64,000 nucleotides of DNA from an uncultured Candidatus Saccharibacteria bacterium (GTDB taxonomy: Bacteria > Patescibacteriota > Doudnabacteria > UBA920), in assembly GCA_964372905.1 (NCBI GenBank), contig CAYJQY010000001.1, positions 8,777 to 72,776 on the forward strand, in the 5' to 3' direction. Positions 30,171 to 40,309 of this stretch are shown one piece after another; the first letter of the stretch is position 1, and every line of letters starts with the position of its first letter. Below the pieces are notes generated by a model, which was not told where the DNA came from, did no database searches, and was given only the letters and a program-made list of their open reading frames with translations. The translations under genes and the position numbers were made by a program.

Positions 30171-31280
30171 CTAACGGGCCTGGCGGGAAATGTTAAGCAA
30201 TATGCCCATCGACGCCAGCACTACGATCAACGAGCTGCTCCCATAACTGAAAAACGGCAAGGTAATTCCAGTTAAAGGCAAAAGGCCGCTTATCGCCCCA
30301 ATGTTAATAATAACCTGAATGATAATGGATGAAATTATTCCCACTCCCAGCATTTTACCAAATAAATCCGGCGCTGCCAGGCTGATTTTCATGCCGCGTA
30401 GAGCCAGCGCCAAAAATAAAGCCAAAACCCCGAGAATGCGGAAAAATCCCAGCTCCTCGGCCATAATAGCAAAAATAGAATCGCCCAGGGCTTCGGGTAA
30501 ATAATTATGCTTTTGGCGCGACAGGCCATAACCATAGCCCCACAGCCCGCCTGAACCAATCGCCAGAAGGGCCTGATTAATCTGGTAACCAATGCCCAGA
30601 GGATCAATCGAGGGATTGAGAAACGTGGTTATTCGTTTAGCGCGGTAGGGTTCAAGCTTGATTATGGCCAGCAGCATAATGAACCCGGTCGCTACGAGAC
30701 CAAATAAATGCTTCAAAGGAATTCCGCCGACGTAAAGCATGACCAAACCGGTCGCGACCATTACGAGCATAGTGCCGAGATCGGGCTGCCAGAGAATCAA
30801 CAAGGCCAGGACACCCAAAATTACAAGAGCCGGTAAGGTATCATAATAGAATCCCCGGCCGCGGTGAGACCGCTCGCTCATCCAGCCGGCTAAGTACAAG
30901 ACCAGGGCCAGCTTGGCGATTTCCGAGGGCTGGAACAAAATTGGCCCGAATTGCAGCCAGCGCGTGGCTCCTCCGGCGGCAAAGCCGAACTGGGAAACTT
31001 TAACCAACAGCAGCAGGATTATGGAAGCCAAAAGCGCCAAAGGAATAAATTTTTTCCAGACATGATAATCGATCCGGGAACAGAGGTACATGGCAAGCAA
31101 ACCAATGCCCGCTCCGTAAACCAGCTGGTGAATAAAATAGCGGCTGGTATTGCCGAAATTTTCCCACGATTCAACCACGGAGGCCGAATAAATCACAATG
31201 AGGCCGGCCACAACCAGGGCCAGCACAATGCCCAGCAGCATATAATCCGGGTTAGGAAGTTTTTTGGATCGTAGATTCAT
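30171..31280 (-). CDS. ftsW: SEDS-family peptidoglycan glycosyltransferase FtsW/RodA
   Basis: 10-TM SEDS pattern and position in the dcw-like cluster. Confidence 0.85.
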   Translation of the reverse strand: MNLRSKKLPNPDYMLLGIVLALVVAGLIVIYSASVVESWENFGNTSRYFIHQLVYGAGIGLLAMYLCSRIDYHVWKKFIPLALLASIILLLLVKVSQFGFAAGGATRWLQFGPILFQPSEIAKLALVLYLAGWMSERSHRGRGFYYDTLPALVILGVLALLILWQPDLGTMLVMVATGLVMLYVGGIPLKHLFGLVATGFIMLLAIIKLEPYRAKRITTFLNPSIDPLGIGYQINQALLAIGSGGLWGYGYGLSRQKHNYLPEALGDSIFAIMAEELGFFRILGVLALFLALALRGMKISLAAPDLFGKMLGVGIISSIIIQVIINIGAISGLLPLTGITLPFFSYGSSSLIVVLASMGILLNISRQAR

Positions 31281-31286
31281 AGCAAG

Positions 31287-32705
31287 TCAATTCCACTGCG
31301 CGACATGCTGCTTAAATTGATTGCCGCGATCAGCATAGTTCTTGAACATACCGAACGAAGCGCAGGCCGGGCTAAGCAGTACAACGTCGCCGGGCGCGGC
31401 CGCAGATTTAATTTGTTTGAAGATCCCACTCATGCTTGTAGCGCCGGTTAAAAGTTCGCCCAGAAAGTTTCCGGCCTGTCTTAGGTTCTCCAAAATTTCC
31501 GGAGCGGTTGCGCCGATCACGGCTAGAGCCTTAATATTTTTCTTGGCGATAATCGCGCTAGCCAATTCAGAGTAGTCCGATTTCTTTTTCGATCCGCCCA
31601 GAATAACAACCAGCGGCTGGTTAAACGAGCTGATCGCAGCCAAAGTCGATTCCGGTGTGGTAGACAGCGAATCATTGTAAAAAGAAATACCGTTATGCCG
31701 CCCGACAAATTCTAGGCGGTGGGGCAGGCCCGGAAAATCTTTGGCCGTAACAATGGCATGTTCTATTGCTGCGCCCGCGACTACGGAAGCAGTCAGAGCT
31801 GCAGCGACATTTTCCCAGTTGTGCGGGCCTATTAATTTTAGATCAGCGGTTGTGAGAGGCAATGGCCCGTCAGCGACGCCAGGCAGGTTTACGGCCATAA
31901 AACAGCCCTCTGGATTTACATAGCAGCCCCGTTCAACTTTGATTCGCCGGCTAATAAAATATATCTTGGCCGGGGTCAGATCGGCCAATTCAAGCGAGGC
32001 CGGGTAATCTTGATTTATTACCGCAAAGTCGGCCGGGCGCTGATGCCGCACAATCTGCTGCTTGGCCTCGCGATATTCCTGAAGCGAGGCGTGAGTGTCG
32101 AGATGTTCGCTGGTAATCATAAGCGCTACGGCGAGTCGCGGGCTGCGGTCAAGGTCCTGAAGCTGGAAGCTTGAAAGCTCAAACACTACGCGGTCTTCAG
32201 GGCGCAACTCATCTAAAAATTCAAACGGATCGATTTGGGTGATATTTCCCGTTAGATAAACTCTGCCTTTTTTGGCGGCGCTATTCTCGACCAAGCCCCT
32301 CTTAAGCATAGCTGCAATTAGGGCGCTGGTCGTCCCCTTTCCTTTCGTACCGGTGACCCCCACAATCATTGCGGGACAATGCTCGAAAAACCACTCGGTT
32401 TGGCTGGTAATTTGCAGTCCTCGCTGTTCTTCCTCAAGCAAACGCGGGTGACGCCTCCACAATCCCGGACTGCGAAACGCCACATTAAAACCACGCAGTT
32501 CATGTAAGTAACCGTCGCCGAAAATGAAGTTTAATTTGCGGTGTTTGATGTCTTCCTGATCGGTTTCGTTCCATTCCTCCCACGGCCGCGAATCAAACAG
32601 GACGGGGCGAATCCCATGACCGTGGAGATACTTGGTCACTGCCTTACCCTCCTGGCCGTAGCCGAGCACGGCCACCATTTTGTCGTTCAAATCAATCAGG
32701 TTCAT
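31287..32705 (-). CDS. murD: UDP-N-acetylmuramoylalanine--D-glutamate ligase
   Basis: GVTGTKGKGTTSALIAAML P-loop and Mur ligase architecture, adjacent to ftsW. Confidence 0.85.
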   Translation of the reverse strand: MNLIDLNDKMVAVLGYGQEGKAVTKYLHGHGIRPVLFDSRPWEEWNETDQEDIKHRKLNFIFGDGYLHELRGFNVAFRSPGLWRRHPRLLEEEQRGLQITSQTEWFFEHCPAMIVGVTGTKGKGTTSALIAAMLKRGLVENSAAKKGRVYLTGNITQIDPFEFLDELRPEDRVVFELSSFQLQDLDRSPRLAVALMITSEHLDTHASLQEYREAKQQIVRHQRPADFAVINQDYPASLELADLTPAKIYFISRRIKVERGCYVNPEGCFMAVNLPGVADGPLPLTTADLKLIGPHNWENVAAALTASVVAGAAIEHAIVTAKDFPGLPHRLEFVGRHNGISFYNDSLSTTPESTLAAISSFNQPLVVILGGSKKKSDYSELASAIIAKKNIKALAVIGATAPEILENLRQAGNFLGELLTGATSMSGIFKQIKSAAAPGDVVLLSPACASFGMFKNYADRGNQFKQHVAQWN

Positions 32706-32740
32706 ATATCACATTTCCGCTTTGATGTACCAGCCGTACC

Positions 32741-34264
32741 CTAGCGTTTAAGCACAAATCGCCCCGCACGCGCTCCGGTTATTGTGCCCTTAAAAACGAC
32801 CGGCTGCCCTGCCACTAAAACTGACTCTACGCCAGCTGGAAACTGGTAGGGATTTTGAAGCGTGGCACGGCCATTAATAACGTCGGGATCAAAAATAACT
32901 ATGTCGGCCTTGTTTCCGACCCGAAGTTCGCCGCGGTTGGCCAGGCCCATGACGCGCGCCGGCAGACTGGTTAATTTACGAATCGCTTCTTCAAGCGTTA
33001 TGTGGGGATGATCCAGGGCTGACCTTAAATAAGCCGGGGCCGTACCGAAGCAGCGCGGGTGTATCAGCCGGTTGCGCGGCCCGGTGGCGGACAGGGGAAA
33101 ACCGCCGCCATCTGTAGCGATCACGCCAAGCGGATGAAATGTCAGTTCCAAAACCTGCCGAGCATCTAAATTACAATCAAAAACCAAAATTTCCGCTCCG
33201 CCTGTCCGCAAAATCTCCACGAGGGCCTGTTCACTCGATCCGCCCAAATTCTTTGCCACTTCAGCTAAAGTCTTGCCGGCAACATTCAGCTGATTGGCCG
33301 TAGAAGCAATAATCAGGTTTCGCGGGTCAGGGATGCGGTTGCTTAAATAGTCGAGAAGCTTCTTGCTATCGTTTTTATCGATCCAATCCGGCAGGTAACT
33401 AAACAGGCTTTGCCAGGTTGAGTCATATGGGTAGACGTCGAAATAAATTGGTCTGCCGCGCTGACGAGAAGTTTCCAACAATTCAAGGACATGGTTGAGC
33501 TGATGCCGCTGGTCTTGTCCGTGAACCTTAAGGTGAGAAATTTTGAGATTGACATCCGAATCAGCGGCTAATCCCAGGCACCGCTCTACGCCATTGGTCA
33601 GGCCTCCGGCTTCATTCTCAATATGGACAGACAGCAAAGCATTTTTTTCGGCAACCAGGTCGCCGAGCTGCTTAAATTTTAGCTCCGCTCTCGGATCAAG
33701 ATCATTGGCCAGACGATAGGACACGCCAAACGCCCCGGCATCTAAACTGGCCTTTATTAAGTTCATGCTAATCTCAAAAGGATCTCCGCTTTCAAATCCT
33801 CTCCCCTCCTCGTTATCCACCATATCGAAACCGACCAAGCTGCCAACATTGCAGCCAAAAGAGCGCTCCTGCACCACCTCGACAAATTCACGGAAAGTTT
33901 GCCAGTTAACGTTGCCTGCGACCTTATCGCGCCACCGTAGAAAGGGCTTAACCGCCCCGGGCGATATCAGCGGAGCCAGACTGGCTCCGCACTGGCCAAC
34001 TAGGATACTCGTGTAGCCCTGCATGATTAAACTATCCAATTGCGGGTTCTCAAACAATTGCCAATAGGCATCGCTATGATTTTGGATGTCGATAAAACCC
34101 GGGCAAACTATTTTGCCGGAGGCGTCAATTACAGTCGCGGCGCGGGTAGGGATATGAGGCGCGATATTAACTACTTTATCATTCTCAACAGCCACGTCCA
34201 TAACGGCCCCGGGCTGTCCCGTGCCGTCCACGACTTTACCTTGTCGGATGATAAGAGAATACAT
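32741..34264 (-). CDS. amidohydrolase, N-acyl-D-amino-acid deacylase (D-aminoacylase) family
   Basis: N-terminal GKIVCPGFIDIQNHSD metal-binding motif of the amidohydrolase-3 / D-aminoacylase family; 507 aa. Confidence 0.7.
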   Translation of the reverse strand: MYSLIIRQGKVVDGTGQPGAVMDVAVENDKVVNIAPHIPTRAATVIDASGKIVCPGFIDIQNHSDAYWQLFENPQLDSLIMQGYTSILVGQCGASLAPLISPGAVKPFLRWRDKVAGNVNWQTFREFVEVVQERSFGCNVGSLVGFDMVDNEEGRGFESGDPFEISMNLIKASLDAGAFGVSYRLANDLDPRAELKFKQLGDLVAEKNALLSVHIENEAGGLTNGVERCLGLAADSDVNLKISHLKVHGQDQRHQLNHVLELLETSRQRGRPIYFDVYPYDSTWQSLFSYLPDWIDKNDSKKLLDYLSNRIPDPRNLIIASTANQLNVAGKTLAEVAKNLGGSSEQALVEILRTGGAEILVFDCNLDARQVLELTFHPLGVIATDGGGFPLSATGPRNRLIHPRCFGTAPAYLRSALDHPHITLEEAIRKLTSLPARVMGLANRGELRVGNKADIVIFDPDVINGRATLQNPYQFPAGVESVLVAGQPVVFKGTITGARAGRFVLKR

Positions 34265-34268
34265 AATG

Positions 34269-35312
34269 CTATCTATCCAAAAAGAAAATAATTACCCCGA
34301 TAAGACTGGCTACGGCGGAAATGATCCAAAAGCGCATGGTGACTTTGGTTTCCGGCCAGCCCAGAGCTTCCAAATGGTGGTGGACTGGCGAGGAGCGAAA
34401 CAGTTTTTTTTTGAATACGGCTTTCCACAGCAGTTGCAGAAGCAGAGACAAAGCCTCAATTACGAAGATAGCTCCAATAATCGGCAGCAGGAAAACGCTA
34501 TTGGTAAGAAACGCGACCACGGCCAAGCCCACGCCCAGACCCATTGAACCCGTGTCCCCCATAAAAAATCGCGCCGGATAAACATTGAACCACAGGAAAG
34601 CCAGCAGACTGCCGATAATCACCGCGAGAAAGCTGGCTAGATTTTCCCGGCCTTGGGCGTAAGCGATAATGGTATAAGCAAAAAATGACATGAGTAGTAT
34701 TCCGCCGGCCAAACCGTCCAGGCCGTCAGTTTGGTTCACGGCAAAGCTCGTGCCTATCACCACCAAAATAAAAAAGGGAATAAACAGCCAACCCAATTGC
34801 AAATTGCCATAAAATGGAATACGGACCAGGTCAAAGCCCAGTTTGTCATAAAACCACCAGGCCCCGACAATGGCCACCAGAGTATAGAGGATGACCTTAA
34901 AGCGAAACCGGAAGCCGCGGCCCTTATGGCCGAGCTGCTGGATGTCTAAAAAGTCATCCATGAGCCCGACTGCGGCGGCGCCGAGCAAAGCGCCAAGCGG
35001 AAGCAAAGTTTCGCGGCGGGTCAAAAAATTGAGCTGATGAAAAAAATCAATGTGAGCCACCCGGTCAAGCGACCAAAACGCTATGGCCAGCAACGCTAGA
35101 GTCCCCCAAACTAAAACACCGCCCATGCTCGGCGTGCCCTGTTTTCCGGCGTGCAGCTGCGAAAAAACCGGCGTCGAGCCGTCATTACGGATCTGCTTGC
35201 CGAATTTGTACTTATATAAATAATGCGTGAGGAGCGGCGTGGACAAAAATGAAATAACAAAAGCAATTGTCGCGAGTCCGAATATTTTTATTAGCGCTTC
35301 GATGGAGGCCAT
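34269..35312 (-). CDS. mraY: phospho-N-acetylmuramoyl-pentapeptide transferase
   Basis: MraY motifs (PSMGG, DDxxD region DDFLD, HHH near C-terminus: VHHHLEALGW). Confidence 0.9.
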   Translation of the reverse strand: MASIEALIKIFGLATIAFVISFLSTPLLTHYLYKYKFGKQIRNDGSTPVFSQLHAGKQGTPSMGGVLVWGTLALLAIAFWSLDRVAHIDFFHQLNFLTRRETLLPLGALLGAAAVGLMDDFLDIQQLGHKGRGFRFRFKVILYTLVAIVGAWWFYDKLGFDLVRIPFYGNLQLGWLFIPFFILVVIGTSFAVNQTDGLDGLAGGILLMSFFAYTIIAYAQGRENLASFLAVIIGSLLAFLWFNVYPARFFMGDTGSMGLGVGLAVVAFLTNSVFLLPIIGAIFVIEALSLLLQLLWKAVFKKKLFRSSPVHHHLEALGWPETKVTMRFWIISAVASLIGVIIFFLDR

Positions 35313-35362
35313 AACCTGGTAATTGTACCATTTTTAGCCGCAATTTCCAAACAATTTCCAAA

Positions 35363-36322
35363 TTATTGGCTCCAGACATAAGCATCAAACACGGCTTGTT
35401 TAAGGATCAGCGTGTCGTGCTCGCGGTTCGGGCTGTCAAGTACGATCATAATGAGATTGTGGCTATTGCGGCTGGCCGAGGTGATCATTGCGCCCTGCGC
35501 CGCAAGAGTGTAGCCTGTTTTTATCGCGCTAATCTCCGGGTCAACGGCGATAAGCGTATTGGTCGCGGTTATTGAATAATTGTGGCCCTGTTCGCTGGTA
35601 AACGCGTAGCTCGTCGAATGTCCGAGCAGTTGAAACGCGAGGTGGCGCCGAGTGGCGTTGACCAGCAAAGCCAGGTCACGGGCGCTGGAAAAATTGTTTT
35701 GATTGTCGAAACCCAGGGGATTGCTGAAGTTGGTTTCAAACATGTTAAGCTGACGCGCAGTATTATTCATAAGAATCGAAAATGCGACCTTCTGTGTACG
35801 TTCAACCACGCGGGCCAAAGCCAAGGCCGCATCATTGGCCGAACCAACCAGCATGGCGTGAAACAAATCACCAACCGTGACCGTATCGCCGATTCGCAAG
35901 CCCAGCACAGGCTCTTCCTTTATAGAATCACTTTCTGTAATAGTGACGGTATCAGTGAATGGAGTGTTGTTATAGACCACCAGCGCGGTCATAAGCTTAG
36001 TCAAACTAGCAATGGCCAGCTTTTTACTGCTGCCCCTTTCGGCCAGCGTAACGCCAGAATCCGCATCATACACCAAAAAACTTCCTGCCTCAACCGAATC
36101 CAGATTGAGCGTTTTAGCGAGTGTGGGCGCTGAAGCGGCCGATGCTGAACCGCCCGCCTGGCCGCGGGTATTTATCGGCAATGTAATTTCCCCCAAAACC
36201 TCGGGGGACGCTGCGGGCTGACGCGCTGTTTGATATAATTTGATAACAATCAGACTGTCGGCAATACCGAGTACCGCCACAGCGAGATATAACAGCCAAT
36301 AATAACGGGACATCTTGATCAA
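35363..36322 (-). CDS. D-alanyl-D-alanine carboxypeptidase (S11, PBP5/DacA-like)
   Basis: SxxK active-site motif IASLTKLMT; signal/TM at N-terminus. Confidence 0.7.
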   Translation of the reverse strand: MIKMSRYYWLLYLAVAVLGIADSLIVIKLYQTARQPAASPEVLGEITLPINTRGQAGGSASAASAPTLAKTLNLDSVEAGSFLVYDADSGVTLAERGSSKKLAIASLTKLMTALVVYNNTPFTDTVTITESDSIKEEPVLGLRIGDTVTVGDLFHAMLVGSANDAALALARVVERTQKVAFSILMNNTARQLNMFETNFSNPLGFDNQNNFSSARDLALLVNATRRHLAFQLLGHSTSYAFTSEQGHNYSITATNTLIAVDPEISAIKTGYTLAAQGAMITSASRNSHNLIMIVLDSPNREHDTLILKQAVFDAYVWSQ

Positions 36323-36377
36323 CAGCTAGGCATTACTTTGGTTAGACTTATTACATTATACGTAGCTGGACAGATTA

Positions 36378-36406
36378 TTGACAAAACCTTCTGTTGTGGA
36401 TAACAT
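36378..36406 (+). promoter_or_regulatory. sigma70-type promoter of trxA
   Basis: TTGACA (36378-36383), 17 nt spacer, TAACAT (36401-36406), 48 nt upstream of the trxA ATG. Confidence 0.45.
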
Positions 36407-36454
36407 GTAAGGGCGTGAAAATTTAGTCTGCGAAAATTAACCAAGAAAAAAACT

Positions 36455-36775
36455 ATGAATGAAGTATTACTAGATGAAACCAATTTCGACAGGGAGGTGT
36501 TGCAATCTCCCATTCCCGTACTGGTTGACTTTTGGGCCGACTGGTGCGGCCCATGCAAGATTGTCGGGCCGCTAGTGTCAGAATTGGCTGAACAATACAA
36601 AGGCAAGCTGAAAGTCGGCAAGCTCAATGTCGACGATAATAACAGCGTGGCCATGCGCTATAATGTTATGAGCATCCCAACGCTTAAAATTTTTAAGAGC
36701 GGTAAACAGGTTGGCGAAGTGATAGGAGCAGCGCCGAAAAATACGCTGGAGGCAGAAATAAAAAAGTACCTTTAG
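36455..36775 (+). CDS. trxA: thioredoxin
   Basis: WCGPCK active site; 106 aa. Confidence 0.9.
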   Translation: MNEVLLDETNFDREVLQSPIPVLVDFWADWCGPCKIVGPLVSELAEQYKGKLKVGKLNVDDNNSVAMRYNVMSIPTLKIFKSGKQVGEVIGAAPKNTLEAEIKKYL

Positions 36776-36812
36776 AAATTCTATCCCAGCCGCGCCCATA
36801 GGCAAGAAATAA

Positions 36813-36837
36813 AAGCCACCCGCATCAAGGGTGGCTT
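36813..36837. terminator. hairpin terminator between convergent trxA and the VirD4-like gene
   Basis: AAGCCACCC-gcatcaa-GGGTGGCTT; T-run on the minus-strand side (TTTATTTCTT). Confidence 0.5.
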
Positions 36838-36852
36838 GAAAGTAAAATAAAG

Positions 36853-38721
36853 CTAAAATTTATAGACTTCGCCGGGTTTAATAACCGTAGCTTGTTGTGG
36901 AGTGGCTGATTCGGCGGCTTTAGGGCTGGGAATTGTGGGCGGTGAGGGAGCAGGCGGAGAAACTGGAGCCGGGGTTTGGGCCGGGGTTCGGTCGGAAGAC
37001 GCAGCCGTTGCCGGCGGAACGGATTTTGGGGGCTGACTTTTTTGCTGCTCCAATTGTCTGACCGTGTTCCACACAGGATGCTCTATTTTTCTTGGCTTAT
37101 CTTGCTGCTGTCTTGGTTTCTGACGTTTGCCGCGCTTGCCGTCGAAGCGCGGGTTGGGAGTCGGGCGGTCCATAACTGGTCTGCGCTCCGCAGGTCGCTC
37201 AAAAACAGATTGAGTACGTTTAATTGGCGCCGGAGGTGAAGGTACTTGGCGCGCCGGTTCCTTAACAGCTGGCGCAGGACTTGCCTCTAATTCAACTTCT
37301 GTTTCCCGAACTGCGGCCTGCTGAACTTGCGGCTGCTGTGCCGGCGCCAGCGGCGTTTGGGCTGCCTCAATTTGCTCCGCTTGATCCTGCCCGACCACCA
37401 AGGCAGTCTGTTCATGAAATTCCGCGCCCATCCAGCGGGAAATTTTTCCTTCCACCTCGGCCGCCGGATTGGCGTAGCGCTCCCGCGAAACTTTAATAAT
37501 CTTCTCCGCGTTGCCGGTACGCCAGGCCTCGTTGGGCGGCAAAGTCACGGCTGAAAAGGGGTCGCTGGCAATGCCGTTTATCATCAATTTTAAGATAATA
37601 TTATATTTCGGCAAGTTAACAAGGTCGGTCATGGTAAAAATCGGGCCGACTTCCTTTTCCAAAACCTCGGCGTCTTCCGCGCCGACGCGAAACGATACTA
37701 TGGTGCCTACGTTGCCGAACACCGCGTCGCGAACTTTAGTATTGCCCCGCTCTGGCACCAGTTGGCCGATATACTGATGGCCTATGACTAAATTAAGATG
37801 ATACTTGCGCGCCTCGCTCAAAATAGTAGCGAAACTGTCAGTGACAAAATTTTGGAATTCGTCGACATAGAGGTAAAAATCCTGACGATCTTCCTCGCGG
37901 GGAATGTCGACCCGGGATAGCGCGGCCAACTGCAGCTTGGTAACTAGCATTGAACCAAGCAATTCGGAGTTATCTTCCCCAACCCGGCCCTTAGACAAGT
38001 CCACCAACAAAATCTTTTTTTCGTCCATAATTTCCCGCAAATCAATCGTGGAGCGGGTCTGACCGACAATATTGCGGATAATAGCCGAGGACAAAAACTG
38101 CCCGACCTTGTTCTGAATCGGCGCTATGGCTTCGGTGCGGTACTTTTCGTTATAGTTGGCAAACTCATCAGTCCAAAAAGCCCGGACCATGGGGTCCTTA
38201 ATGTTGTCGACAATTTTTTTGCGGTATTTTTTATCGATATACATGCGGGCAATCCCCAACATAGTATTGCCGGGGCTGTCGAGCAAAGCCAGAATCGTGT
38301 TATTCAAAATGTACTCCATACGGGCCGACCACAGGTTTGCCCAAATTTTCGTAAACACGCCCATCAAGCCCGAAGCCACTAAGTGCTTATACTTTGGATC
38401 CACGGCTTCCAGGATGTTGAAGGCAATAGGGTGTTCCAGATCGGCCGGATTGAAATAAATCACGTCGTTGATCCTGTGGTTCGGGATAAAGCTCATTATT
38501 TTGGTAATGGAGTCTCCATGCGGGTCGATAAAGCACACGCCATGCCCATTATAGATGTCCTGGATAACCATGTTTTCCATCATGGTGGTTTTGCCCATGC
38601 CAGTCTTACCGATAACATAAAGGTGCCGGCGGCGGTCATCGGCTTTAATGCCAAAGGGCACCTCTTTGTTGCGGAAGTTGGTTTTAGCAAAAAATGTGAT
38701 TTGTTTATTGAGTTCGGTCAT
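36853..38721 (-). CDS. VirD4/TraG/TraD-like type IV coupling protein ATPase with long Pro/Gln-rich C-terminal tail
   Basis: Walker A IGKTGMGKTT followed by a DPHGD motif (cf. DPKGE of TraG/VirD4). Later Walker B/aspartate box motifs (LLVDL, VDEFQNF). About 200 aa low-complexity P/Q/A tail. Confidence 0.6.
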   Translation of the reverse strand: MTELNKQITFFAKTNFRNKEVPFGIKADDRRRHLYVIGKTGMGKTTMMENMVIQDIYNGHGVCFIDPHGDSITKIMSFIPNHRINDVIYFNPADLEHPIAFNILEAVDPKYKHLVASGLMGVFTKIWANLWSARMEYILNNTILALLDSPGNTMLGIARMYIDKKYRKKIVDNIKDPMVRAFWTDEFANYNEKYRTEAIAPIQNKVGQFLSSAIIRNIVGQTRSTIDLREIMDEKKILLVDLSKGRVGEDNSELLGSMLVTKLQLAALSRVDIPREEDRQDFYLYVDEFQNFVTDSFATILSEARKYHLNLVIGHQYIGQLVPERGNTKVRDAVFGNVGTIVSFRVGAEDAEVLEKEVGPIFTMTDLVNLPKYNIILKLMINGIASDPFSAVTLPPNEAWRTGNAEKIIKVSRERYANPAAEVEGKISRWMGAEFHEQTALVVGQDQAEQIEAAQTPLAPAQQPQVQQAAVRETEVELEASPAPAVKEPARQVPSPPAPIKRTQSVFERPAERRPVMDRPTPNPRFDGKRGKRQKPRQQQDKPRKIEHPVWNTVRQLEQQKSQPPKSVPPATAASSDRTPAQTPAPVSPPAPSPPTIPSPKAAESATPQQATVIKPGEVYKF

Positions 38722-38795
38722 CAGAAGTTGAAATTAGGCCAATAATGGTTAGGATGGCGCATGGTAGGTACTTGTTACCGTCCGCGTCGCTCTTA

Positions 38796-38882
38796 GCCGC
38801 CTCGCCAGTTGCCCGCAAATAACAGAGTTGCGCATATGTCTCTCGGTGCAAATGCTATTTGCCGGGCAAGCTGGCTCGGCGT
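38796..38882 (+). repeat. intergenic hairpin repeat element, copy C
   Basis: gccgcctcgccagttgcccgcaaataacagagttgcgcatatgtctctcggtgcaaatgctatttgccgggcaagctggctcggcg. Inner stem caaataaca/tgctatttg shows paired compensatory changes vs caagtagca/tgctacttg. Confidence 0.85.
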
Positions 38883-38929
38883 CCTGCTGGGAAGTTCAAG
38901 GACTAGCATATGCCATCCTAATCTTACCT

Positions 38930-40309
38930 CTAACCTACGGGCAAATTCACGGGGGCTTGCGACTTCTTGCTCTCAATGGCTTCAACTGGCGCCGCGGTTG
39001 GTTTCTCGGCTTCGGACAATGGGAAGTGATAAATGGTGGCCAGCTCCTCTATGTTCATAACGCTCGCCGGCAGGCCAATCCACACACTGCGGTCTTTGTA
39101 GGCGTTAAATAGCCAGCGCTTGCGCCGGCGCACCTCCCAGTCAATATACGGCTTTTCCAAAGTCGGCGAAAGCAGATAATTTAATTTTGTCCAAGTGTGC
39201 TTAAGATCTGGCTTAAAACCGTTTAACTGCTGCGACTTAAACGGCCTAAGCGCGCCAATGACGCCCGAGCGCTTGTTCAAGTCCAACTGGTTTTTCGGAG
39301 CAATGTAGAGGTTGCGGATCTTGGTTTTGTAGCCGGGCTTGCTGAGCTTGCGCTGAATGGCATTGACCCGTTCCTTTTCCACGTCCGTCATTCTCATCCA
39401 GTTGTTTTTTTCCTTCTGCATGTTTTCGGCTAAGGCACGAGCGTTGCCGCTAAGCAGTGCAGTCCAGCGGAAATTGGCCACAAGCTCGAACGGAGCCAAA
39501 AACAGCCTTTTAAAACTAAAGTCATAAGGCATTTCTTCTCCGATTAGTTCTTTAACCAACCTCTCACCCTTATTTTTCCATTCATTATCGTCCAACGGCT
39601 GAATTAAAATTTGAACGCCGTAAAATTCGTCCGGCTCAACCTGCGCCAGCGCTTCAAACAAGCCGGCCAAAGGATCAATAATTTTCTTTTCGGCTGCCGG
39701 ATGTTCAAATTCCTTATAAGTCTTTATCGGGATAGCCTGATTTTCCAGAACCTTGTATTCAAAGCCAAACAGGTCAAAATCGCCGGTTTCGGGATCGTAA
39801 GTAACGTTTTTGAGGTAATCCTCTACCTCGGTAATTTCCGCCGCAGGGAACTGGGCATAAATGGCTGATTCCACGGTGACGCGCTGCTTTTTGGGAATTC
39901 GCATAATGAAAGAAATTTTTCCCCCCAGACTGACAATTTCCAGCGAATACCACAACTGGATTTTCCCCTCGATATATTTTTCGGCAAAGGTAAAATTCAG
40001 ATGGAGTTGGTGTAACTGGGAAAAAATCTGTTCCACTCCCAGGAGGCTGTGCTCGTTTTCCTTGGGAACCTTGATATGCAAGAAGGTCCAGTTCTGGCTC
40101 AAGCGGAATTGCAGCTGGATTTCTTCCTTATAATGATACCAAAACATGTAAACTACAGCCCAAACAATGGCGATCCAGCCGCCATGGACGGTGAGATACC
40201 ACAAATCGGCCAGGGTTTTACCGAAATCTAAAAAGATACTTTGCAACGAAGCCATACTGTTTGTTTTTTTAGGAGCCTTGCGCCGCGAGGGCGTAAAGAT
40301 TCCGGCCAA
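38930..40309 (-). CDS. hypothetical membrane protein (1 TM) transcribed immediately upstream of the VirD4-like gene
   Basis: 459 aa; TM helix LWYLTVHGGWIAIVWAVVYMFWY; no motif recognised. Confidence 0.4.
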   Translation of the reverse strand: MAGIFTPSRRKAPKKTNSMASLQSIFLDFGKTLADLWYLTVHGGWIAIVWAVVYMFWYHYKEEIQLQFRLSQNWTFLHIKVPKENEHSLLGVEQIFSQLHQLHLNFTFAEKYIEGKIQLWYSLEIVSLGGKISFIMRIPKKQRVTVESAIYAQFPAAEITEVEDYLKNVTYDPETGDFDLFGFEYKVLENQAIPIKTYKEFEHPAAEKKIIDPLAGLFEALAQVEPDEFYGVQILIQPLDDNEWKNKGERLVKELIGEEMPYDFSFKRLFLAPFELVANFRWTALLSGNARALAENMQKEKNNWMRMTDVEKERVNAIQRKLSKPGYKTKIRNLYIAPKNQLDLNKRSGVIGALRPFKSQQLNGFKPDLKHTWTKLNYLLSPTLEKPYIDWEVRRRKRWLFNAYKDRSVWIGLPASVMNIEELATIYHFPLSEAEKPTAAPVEAIESKKSQAPVNLPVG

